A stretch of DNA of 40,428 bases from a virus. Lineage: Duplodnaviria > Caudoviricetes. The translations under genes and the position numbers were made by a program. The stretch covers positions 1 to 40,428 of the IMG/VR virus record IMGVR_UViG_3300012665_000240; one strand, written 5' to 3'. The notes under the pieces were generated by a model, which was not told the origin of the DNA, searched no databases, and saw nothing but the letters and a program-made list of their open reading frames with translations. Positions 1 to 8,200 of the stretch are shown here, piece after piece (position 1 is the first letter of the stretch; the number at the start of each line of letters is the position of its first letter).

Positions 1-55
1 ACCATTTCACCTTGTCTGCCCAATATGCGGCACTCATTTTTCCTTTGGATATATT
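1..55. repeat. 55-bp terminal direct repeat, left copy (probable assembly overlap of a circular contig)
   Basis: Positions 1-55 are identical to 40374-40428. Confidence 0.95.
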
Positions 56-277
56 ACTTGCATGTCTTGCTTTGAAAGACTTCCTACGTGCTGCATATGA
101 TGCAGACTCTCCTGCTTTTCTAGGTGAGCCAGAAACGCCTTGTTGTCCAAAACGTATGGTTTTTACCTGGCTACCTACCTTAGCCACAACAACGTGTGAC
201 TTAGTAGGGTGACTTGGAGTTTTCTTTGGCTTGTTGTAGCCAGATACTCCAGCCCGTGTTAATCTTGAGTCTTTCAA
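1..277 (-). CDS. Small basic conserved phage protein (DUF5754-like), 92 aa, spanning the contig junction
   Basis: TTG at 277 reads KDSRLTRAGVSGYNKPK...KTIRFGQQG...RRKSFKARH...KMSAAYWADKVKW; the TAA stop is complete only at 40374-40372; absent from the ORF track. Confidence 0.8.
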   Translation of the reverse strand, partial: MKDSRLTRAGVSGYNKPKKTPSHPTKSHVVVAKVGSQVKTIRFGQQGVSGSPRKAGESASYAARRKSFKARHASNISKGKMSAAYWADKVKW

Positions 278-283
278 TTCTTT

Positions 284-550
284 TCACTTACCCTTTGCCT
301 TTATTAACTTGGCTGTCTTGTCATCATAACGACGACCCTGGAGCAATGCTCCAAGCATCTGACCAAGCGCTGAATCTTCTTGCTTACGAGCAGCACTTGC
401 TTGGGCTCTGTAATACTCGCGCCCTTTACCGCCATCAGCCATAACGTTTGGTGGGTATGAACTTCCCTTAGAGGAATTCATTCCAGTTTTATTTCTAGCG
501 TTCTTGTACTGCTTGGCTTCCTTCATTAAATTTTCTAGATATGATGCCAT
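284..550 (-). CDS. Hypothetical basic protein
   Basis: 88-aa ORF tightly packed in the minus-strand operon. Confidence 0.75.
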   Translation of the reverse strand: MASYLENLMKEAKQYKNARNKTGMNSSKGSSYPPNVMADGGKGREYYRAQASAARKQEDSALGQMLGALLQGRRYDDKTAKLIKAKGK

Positions 551-552
551 GA

Positions 553-729
553 TTACATGCCCTTCTTGCGAACCATTGAACGCTTGGCTGTCTTCTTAGT
601 AGTCTTCTTACCGTATTCAATCATACGCTCTACTTTGCCTTCTTTTTTCTCATGCTTCTTAGCAGCCTTCTTGGCAGCCTTAATTCCTGCTGCTGTGTAA
701 GGAAACTTCTTACCCTCTACTACTGGCAT
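553..729 (-). CDS. Small Lys-rich protein (MPVVEGKKFPYTAAG...), 58 aa
   Basis: ATG 729 overlaps the upstream TAA; stop at 553-555; fills the gap exactly; below the ORF-track cutoff. Confidence 0.8.
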   Translation of the reverse strand: MPVVEGKKFPYTAAGIKAAKKAAKKHEKKEGKVERMIEYGKKTTKKTAKRSMVRKKGM

Positions 730-1043
730 TATACTTGTCCAATCTCTTTCATAACTTCGGCGGTTTTTTTGTTAATCTGATGTGCTTTAGGCATTGTCTC
801 TGAATTGTAGGCTTTACCTAATGTTACTGATGCAGCGTAGGCTGCTTCAACATGAGCACGTGATGTGCCTCCTGGTTGAATCCCTTGAGCCTTGGCATCT
901 CGATATGCTTGCAACTCTGAGTTCCATTTCTTATCCGAAATGTCTCTGGTTGCATCTCCTGTACCAAGTTCAAGTGTGGATGCCTTGCATCCGAAACAGC
1001 CCTCTACATATTGGGCATGTGTCTGTATTTGATGTAGTCCCAT
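729..1043 (-). CDS. Hypothetical protein with N-terminal H/CxxC motif
   Basis: 104-aa ORF, GGAGG-type SD, H...GCFGC motif. Confidence 0.75.
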   Translation of the reverse strand: MGLHQIQTHAQYVEGCFGCKASTLELGTGDATRDISDKKWNSELQAYRDAKAQGIQPGGTSRAHVEAAYAASVTLGKAYNSETMPKAHQINKKTAEVMKEIGQV

Positions 1044-1051
1044 TTCATCTC

Positions 1052-1321
1052 CTACTGTGCTGTAAAGTTTGCTTCTGTAACGTCAATGTCAGCAAGAATA
1101 AGCGCTGCCTTTGTTGCGTCATCTACCGTGTGCTCGTACCCACCGCGATATACTTCTTCGTATTCAGTTAGGTCTTCATCTACTGGATAGCGAGTTTGAA
1201 AGTACTCTCCATCAAGTTTGATGATTGTGATTCCTTTGCGTAAGTTTGCAAAGTAAAACAATCGATGTCCGCCAGATGGACCTTCTAGTACGTATGGTGG
1301 TGTGAATGTCCAGTTTGCCAT
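1052..1321 (-). CDS. Hypothetical virion-module protein
   Basis: 89-aa ORF with AAGGAG SD, directly after the capsid gene. Confidence 0.75.
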   Translation of the reverse strand: MANWTFTPPYVLEGPSGGHRLFYFANLRKGITIIKLDGEYFQTRYPVDEDLTEYEEVYRGGYEHTVDDATKAALILADIDVTEANFTAQ

Positions 1322-1337
1322 GATTCTCCTTCTAGTG

Positions 1338-1385
1338 GATTTACTGTCAAGCAGGGAGATTGCTCCCCCTGCTCAACCGTCAATC
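1338..1385 (-). terminator. Long imperfect hairpin after the major capsid gene (terminator, attenuator or mRNA stabiliser)
   Basis: AGCAGGG/CCCTGCT core stem with outer GATTGAC/GTAAATC pairing; no U-tract. Confidence 0.5.
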
Positions 1386-1387
1386 AA

Positions 1388-2341
1388 CTATGCGATTGAT
1401 GAACCTGATTCGATTCGGTATAGTGCTTCTTCGCGGTAGCGAGCAAAGCCGAGTACGCCGTACCAACCCATTGGGCGGTGACGCATCAACTTGTCAACGA
1501 CTGGTCCGATGACTACATGTGGCTCTTCAGCAACTGCTTCTGCAAGCGCTTGCTGTCCAGCAATGATTGTGCGGTAGTTACGAGCAGATGATGCTCCGTC
1601 TGTTGCGTTGTATAGACGTGGTGACTCTACGAAGTATGCACCTTCGTATGTACCAATCTCGCCTGCCCAGATGCGGTCCTGTGATGAACCGTACTGGTTA
1701 GGAAGTAGCCATCCAGCAGAACCTGTCTCAGCACGAAGGTCGTGTGAAACTTCTGGGTGTAGGCCAGCCCAGTATAGTGAGCCCTTGCGAGCAACTGCCT
1801 TACCTGAACGCAACTTCGCAACAGCCTTGCGGATGTTAGCAGAAGATAGTGTTGCAGCAGCGGTAACTGTTGCTGTTGATGTTGCAGTCGCGCCTGCGTA
1901 GATTACGTTTGAACCGCCGCGCAATGTTGTCATTGCTACTGCGTCGATTGAATCTGCAAGGTTGAATGCGATGATGTTAGCAATTGCTGGGTCTACATCA
2001 GCGAGGCTGAATAGTTCCAAAGCACGTGTTACAAGAACAGAGTTACCGTACTCGTTAAGAGTAATTGTAACTGATGTTGGTGTAGACATTGCTACTGCAT
2101 CTGGGTCAACTGCTTCTGATAGAGCAGTTGTTGTTGGTGATAGGTCAACGTAGCGTTGTAGAACAACTGTTGAACCTGGAATGCTTTGCTTAGCAGGACG
2201 CTTATCTGCGACTGAACGAATTAGTGGCTCTGAACGTAGAGCGAATTCAAGAAGTCGGTCATAAGCCTTCTGTACTAAACCAGCAGAACCAACTGTACCG
2301 CCGAGAGAGGCGGAGTCTGTTGATACATATGCGTTAGCCAT
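1388..2341 (-). CDS. Major capsid protein (HK97 fold, N4-gp56-like)
   Basis: 317 aa, follows the scaffold; motifs VTITLNEYGN, LHPEVSHDLR, GEIGTYEG, MGWYG; strongly biased codon use. Confidence 0.9.
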   Translation of the reverse strand: MANAYVSTDSASLGGTVGSAGLVQKAYDRLLEFALRSEPLIRSVADKRPAKQSIPGSTVVLQRYVDLSPTTTALSEAVDPDAVAMSTPTSVTITLNEYGNSVLVTRALELFSLADVDPAIANIIAFNLADSIDAVAMTTLRGGSNVIYAGATATSTATVTAAATLSSANIRKAVAKLRSGKAVARKGSLYWAGLHPEVSHDLRAETGSAGWLLPNQYGSSQDRIWAGEIGTYEGAYFVESPRLYNATDGASSARNYRTIIAGQQALAEAVAEEPHVVIGPVVDKLMRHRPMGWYGVLGFARYREEALYRIESGSSIA

Positions 2342-2378
2342 ATAGGTTATTTCCTTTTTTAGTAGTTAGAAACTATGA

Positions 2379-2861
2379 TTAGTTTTGTGAACCGTAAATC
2401 ATGTTGATGATTTCTTCCGCAGATTCTGCGTTGTCTAATCTCATCGACATATCTTCGGCTCTGTCAGGTGTTGTTGCACCCTGAGTAACCAAGTCTTGCT
2501 GACGTAATGTCGCACGATTTTGGCTGTTTACTTCGGGCGCATCCTGTCGCGTTTGCAGTCCGAACAAGTCTGCGTTATCATCGAGCCAGTTATTAACCGA
2601 CTCCTCGTTAACGTCATCCAAGTCCTTTAGGACTAAGCGAATTGCTTTAGGATTGACACCTTTCTTTTCTAGGGTTTCTTTGACGATTCTCTCACGCTGT
2701 CCTTTGGACAAAGTCTCGAGTTGCTCTGTGAGTTCCTTAATACGCTTTTCGTCTGCACGCTTGGCTTTACGCAACTTCTTTAAGAGGTCGCTTCCGTCCA
2801 TTGGTGCATCCATTTCGGTATCTAGTTCGTCGTCTTCGTCATCCCAGTAGTTGTTGCTCAT
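2379..2861 (-). CDS. Capsid scaffolding protein
   Basis: Acidic N-terminus plus coiled coil, immediately upstream of the capsid gene; start placed at ATG 2861 after GAAGGGTGG. Confidence 0.75.
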   Translation of the reverse strand: MSNNYWDDEDDELDTEMDAPMDGSDLLKKLRKAKRADEKRIKELTEQLETLSKGQRERIVKETLEKKGVNPKAIRLVLKDLDDVNEESVNNWLDDNADLFGLQTRQDAPEVNSQNRATLRQQDLVTQGATTPDRAEDMSMRLDNAESAEEIINMIYGSQN

Positions 2862-2975
2862 AGCAACCACCCTTCTATTCGTTGTAGTCGCAAGCCTCAA
2901 TTGCTAGTCGGGGAACTAGGTTGGCTCTTGCTATCGGTCTATTACGCTGACGGGGCCGATGGGTCCGTTCAGGAT
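2862..2975 (-). ncRNA. Candidate structured cis-regulatory leader (pseudoknot plus hairpin) of the scaffold/capsid genes
   Basis: Stem 2947-2953/2965-2972 whose loop (2956-2960) is complementary to 2933-2937; second hairpin 2890-2931. Confidence 0.45.
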
Positions 2976-2980
2976 TCTAT

Positions 2981-4279
2981 TTAGATTAAGCCTTGTGCTC
3001 GGCTTTGTGATGCTAGTCGTCCAGATGTTCCACCGAACCTAGCATATTCTTCTTCTTTAATCTTGCGAATCTTTTCATCTGCAGCAGCGCTGCCAGCAAA
3101 CTGTGAAGCAATTGCTTCCTGTTGCGTAAAGTCAATATTGCTCATACGACCAAGTTGCTGTCCACGTTCTAGTTGCTTAACTTTGCCAAACTTACCAAGA
3201 GATGTTGTGTAATCAGCACCCATTGCTGCAAGGTCTGCACCTTCTGCTAGACTAATTGAAACACCTTGTGATTTAGCAGCAGATAGTTGCTCAACGCTCT
3301 TAACCTTCTTAGTTAGTTCAAGAACGCCTTCTTTACCAGTTAGCAATGCCTTGGCGATAGATGTTCTGTCTGCTCCAGGGAAGTATGTCTTTAGGTCAGT
3401 CTTGAGTACATCTGGTGCGTTGTCAATTGCACTAAATACATCTGTAATCAACGCTGTTGCTTCTGCTACAGACTTATTGGCCTTACCAAGAATCTGTGAA
3501 GCAATATCTTGAGTTGCTAATTCGCTTAGACCAACAGCACGAAACACATCACCAAGTTGCTGTTCTGACTTGACATACTCTGCAATGGTTGGAACGTATA
3601 CTGTTTCACCAGCATTAAGTCTGTCTTGCAGGTCAAAGATTGCGCTAAAGCGTGTATAAAATTTAGTTGCCTTGCCTAGTTTCTTTGCTTCACGCAATGC
3701 TAGGTTCATTGATTCTTCAACGCTTGAACCAGTATTAATAAATCCCTGAGCGAGTTCTCGTATCTCGTCAACCCAAGGTTGGCTTGCTTCAAGTTCTCCA
3801 ACTAGCAAAGCCATAGTGTTTGCAAATGTGTTCTTAGCAAGAGTTACTGTTGGGGCATTAATATCGCCACCACCTGAGCCAGCGACTACTGGGATAGGAC
3901 CTTCTTCTCCATCGAACTCTCCACCGTTGCCATCAGCGTATACTGGAATGCGAGTTTTGCCGTCGCTTCCTGGCTTGTAGCGCAAGATTGTTCCAACTTT
4001 AGGAAATCCCGTAGGGGTATCTACTTTTTTTGGAGGAGTGCCACTAGATGTCATTTGAGTTCTTGACATCTCATCTAGTTGACTCCATGTTGGACCAGCA
4101 ATTGGGAATACACCAGAATTTGTAACTGGAGCCTTAGGAGTCGTTGCCTTCTTTGCTGCCGCTGCTTTAGCCGCTGCTGCTTTCTTTGCCGCTGCAGCCT
4201 TGGCTGCTGCTGCTGCCTTTGCTGCTGCTCCTGCTGCTGTTGCTTGTGCGCGTGCTTCGTCTGCTGACTTTGCTACCAT
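2981..4279 (-). CDS. Putative internal virion (ejection) protein with Ala/Lys-rich N-terminus
   Basis: 432 aa, helical composition, third of a three-gene block; function inferred from position. Confidence 0.55.
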   Translation of the reverse strand: MVAKSADEARAQATAAGAAAKAAAAAKAAAAKKAAAAKAAAAKKATTPKAPVTNSGVFPIAGPTWSQLDEMSRTQMTSSGTPPKKVDTPTGFPKVGTILRYKPGSDGKTRIPVYADGNGGEFDGEEGPIPVVAGSGGGDINAPTVTLAKNTFANTMALLVGELEASQPWVDEIRELAQGFINTGSSVEESMNLALREAKKLGKATKFYTRFSAIFDLQDRLNAGETVYVPTIAEYVKSEQQLGDVFRAVGLSELATQDIASQILGKANKSVAEATALITDVFSAIDNAPDVLKTDLKTYFPGADRTSIAKALLTGKEGVLELTKKVKSVEQLSAAKSQGVSISLAEGADLAAMGADYTTSLGKFGKVKQLERGQQLGRMSNIDFTQQEAIASQFAGSAAADEKIRKIKEEEYARFGGTSGRLASQSRAQGLI

Positions 4280-5217
4280 TATAGTCCAAATCCTAACGCC
4301 TTGGCAAGTGATGTTGCTGAATCACGTGCTTCGTTATTTGCTTGTTGGGTTTTCTGATACTCTGGCAACTGCTTAGTCTTAAGTAGTAAGTCATAGTATG
4401 ATGGCGCTACACCCTTACCGTCTGCACCAGCAGAGCGTGTGTATGCTAGAACAACTGGATGGTCCATGTTAATTGTGCCAGGGTCAACCTCTAGTGTCTT
4501 TGCAACCATACCGATAATAGGAGAAGCAATATCATATGTTGTTAGAGTTGGGTCGTTAGCAAATCTTTCTGAGAACTGTGGATACTCAATAGCAGCCTTT
4601 TTTTGCAGTTCTACTGTATAATCAGCAAGCGTCTTCTTGCCCATAGCAATTAACTTTGCTGCAGCCTTTGTCTCTGCGTCAGATACTCCCATAAGTTGGA
4701 ACTTGTCGACAAGCCCTCGAACCTGAGATAGAATCGCAAGGTTCTTTGCTGCAAGTGTCTTATCGTCCGCAAAACTAATCTTATTCCATACCCAGTCCGA
4801 AGCGAACTCTGATGGCTTAAAGAATGATGGGTACTCTGTCTTGGCGACGCTTTCTGCTGTTCTGGTAACTGCATCTGTTGTAGTACCAGGAGTTACCTTT
4901 GATGCAGTAGATGTAATTACTTTCTCGATTTGAAGTGCTTGTTCAGCATCAAATGCTTGCATAAAGGCCGTAACATCTGCAGAAGAGAACTTGCCCATGT
5001 AGCCATTTGCTTCTGCAGCGGTTTCCATAAGAGCACGCGCTGATGCTGCAGTTAACTTGGTCTTAACTGTTGATACGCCAGTACCAGCCTTTGGACCACT
5101 ACTATCAATAGCATTTACTTTACCAAGTAGGTAATCTCTATACGCAATAGTCTCTGCGCCCTCAAGTTTACCGTTTCCGTCGACGTCAAACTGCACTTGG
5201 TCTGCTGGAAGAGCCAT
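4279..5217 (-). CDS. Putative internal virion protein
   Basis: 312 aa, coupled to its neighbours; EF-hand-like DVDGNGKLEGAE near the N-terminus. Confidence 0.55.
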   Translation of the reverse strand: MALPADQVQFDVDGNGKLEGAETIAYRDYLLGKVNAIDSSGPKAGTGVSTVKTKLTAASARALMETAAEANGYMGKFSSADVTAFMQAFDAEQALQIEKVITSTASKVTPGTTTDAVTRTAESVAKTEYPSFFKPSEFASDWVWNKISFADDKTLAAKNLAILSQVRGLVDKFQLMGVSDAETKAAAKLIAMGKKTLADYTVELQKKAAIEYPQFSERFANDPTLTTYDIASPIIGMVAKTLEVDPGTINMDHPVVLAYTRSAGADGKGVAPSYYDLLLKTKQLPEYQKTQQANNEARDSATSLAKALGFGL

Positions 5218-5218
5218 A

Positions 5219-8200
5219 TTAGTTAACCGCCTTTAGTGTATCATTTTCAAAGTATCGTTCAATAATTGTTTTCAAGTTGCCGTCCCATTGACCGACACTT
5301 GCTTGAATCCATGTATTGTATGAATCTCTAAGTTGAGACTTACGTGGGTCGTAGTCTGGCAATGCTTGATATATCTCCGAGAACATAGCGCGAGAATCCA
5401 TGAATGTTTTTACATCTTTCCAGAACTGACCAGTGCCGCTCTTTGTCATGAATTTATTATCGTTAATGATTTCAGAGAATGCGCGAGCATACTTATAAGA
5501 AGTATCTCCGCTTTCTGCAAGATTCCATTGGTCGTACCAAGCCTGGCTTTGGTCTTTGAACACAGTAAGAGCAAGGTTATCTAATACGGCTTTAAGTTCT
5601 GGGTGAGCGCGTAGTGTCTTGCCATCAGTAATCTTAGCCTCAAGAGCCTTCTTGGTATCCATGTACTGATTCCAAGTACGCTGCTTGATGCGCTCAGTCT
5701 CAATCTCTTTTGGAGTCATCTTAAGTTCATTAAGATTCTTGCTCGTCCCAGGAAGTGTCTTCTTTGGGTCAGCAAGCAGAGAAAGAATGTTGTTTGACTG
5801 CTTTGATGGGTCGTAATCCAAATCAGCAGTAAGTAAGCCAACAAGACCAATTTCGCCTGGTTCAATGTTCGCAAGTCTACCAACTAGGTCATCGTTATCT
5901 TCGAATACGCGTGCGTATGATTCATATGTTGCTGGAAGATTTAAGTTCTTAGATGAGCCAGTAAATGATACTCTGTCAACCATAAAACGTGGGCCAAGTA
6001 GAGAAATCATTTCATCACCAGCAGCATCACGTGCTTCCTGGTTAGACATATTAGGATTTACAGCCTTGTTCTTCTCTATTAACTTATAGTATAATGTAGA
6101 TGTAAGACCCATTGGGTTAGTCTCAACCTTGTATGGAAGACCAGCGTATGGAGATGCAAATGAAGAGAAAAACTTGTGAACCCAAAGAGTTCTTACTTCT
6201 TCTCGAATTTGTTCATCTGATGGCATGTCTTCTTCAACACCCATCTCAACCAACATTGCATGATAGTTGTAGACAGACTTCCAAGAACCTAGGTAATCCT
6301 TCTGTCCTTCTGGTCCAATAAATCCGTTGATAGCAGCATTTAACCATGCTGGCCTAAATGCGGCTACAACAGATGTTGGTGCACCATATGGGTAGTATAC
6401 CTTGTAGTAGTTAACCCCATTAACCGTCATGAATTTTTCAATATCATCTTCAAATTGTGGGAAGTTCTTCATTATATAGCCCATAGAAAGGCTAGTAATG
6501 AATGAAGGTCCTGGTCGGTTCAAAAGGAATCCAAGTGACTGTGCACTTAGTTTTGCACCGTCTTGGCCAGAGCCTGGCAAGAATTTAAGTTCTTTGCTTC
6601 CTGGAACAATTAGGTGTGTAATCTTATTAATATCATCTGTTGGATTACCATTTTCATCCACACCAAATGTCATGTATGCTCTGCCGTAGTTAGAAAGAAC
6701 ACCTGTTGCACGAACAGGATTCTTAGCCGCAAGGCGACCATAACGCAAGAATGCACTAATGTTAGCAGTAGGGAATGCCATGATTCCGCGCAAAGAGTTA
6801 AGGAAACGATTTGGGTTATTAATCGTGTAAAGAACCTTTTCCATGTTCTGCAACGCTTCGCGTCCAGCAGCCTGGCGTACTGAATTCCAGGTATCTGTTG
6901 TTATCTCAAATCCCTGCTCAGTCAAGTATGATATTCTCTTAGCAACATTCTCAGTTGCCATCTTATCAAACAACATTGCACGAATAGGATTTTCAACTGC
7001 TGCTAACTTACTGAAAGTCTTTGCAGCAAAGTTATTAAATCCCTGGCTTGCTCTAGCAAGTCCACTTTGACCAAATGTATTTATTTCATAGTGGAAGTTT
7101 GATGGAGTAATATCAAACAGTCTATCTGCCTGTGGTGCTAGAAGTTTCTCTAACTTTTGAGATGTTACTTCACCCTTTAGGATTGCCGCTCTAGCCTCAT
7201 ATGATGGGAACATACGCTGGACAAGAGCAATCTTATCAGCAAGGTAATCTGGAATATCTGCAGCATTGTGAATATTGAATGCTGGATTGCTTAGATATTC
7301 TTTTCCAGCAGGAGTCTTTGCCCATGCTTTAATGCTTTTAATTGGAGTCTCAGCAAAGATTAAATCCATAAGAGGGTCGCCACGGAATTGACGATTTGCG
7401 ATGTGAGCAAGTTCCTCAAAGTAAGTTGGGTCTTGCACGCCAATTCTTGTCATTGGTGCTTTACGCTTGATTAAAGAACTGCTCTGTCCAGTCGCTAATT
7501 CACCAAGAAAGTTATTCTGCGTTGTGCGAGCATTCTTTGTCTCTTCACGAACAGCAGTAGTAAAGTAGTTAGTTCCGCCAAGAGACTGCTCTTGAACAAA
7601 AGAATCAACGTGGTGTAGTGTATTTTTTACAACGTGAACATGCTTTTCTTTTGAGTAGTAACGCTTTTTAAATGCTGCGCTCTTACCAAATACATCTGCT
7701 TGCTTGATTCTGGCTTCGCCAAGTTCCTTTACAGCGTTGTCAATCTTTGTATAGGCATCTTCAACCTTTTTGTCAGCATCTAGAATAACCTTTTTGTTAG
7801 TTGCTAACTTGTTGATTATAGTCTTATAGTTTGCAATTGCAGCCTTGGCATCTGCTATATCTGAAATCTTAGAGGTTAATCCTGGTTGAGATTCAAGGTA
7901 TGCAAGTCGACGCTCAAGTGTTGCCATGCTAGGCAAAGCCTCGCGTCCACCGTAAGGGACCATTGCATCACGCAATTGAAGTTCAATTTTGTCAACAAGT
8001 TTTGAAGCGGCCTTGAGTTCTTTTTGCGCAGCAGTTAGGTGTTGTGCCTTAGTTGCTGGAGATGCTGTTGTGAGTAAATCTTCAACAGATGTCTGAGCGG
8101 TCATCTTGATTCTAATAGCAAGTTCTAAAGCCTTAGACTTGTCTGTTACATCTTGAACAACAGCCTTATATTCAGACCTGTTGATAACTTTTCTTTTAGC

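Noticed and set aside
1-55. Terminal repeat as the biological virion terminal repeat
   Set aside because: It falls inside a coding sequence and its length matches a common assembler k-mer
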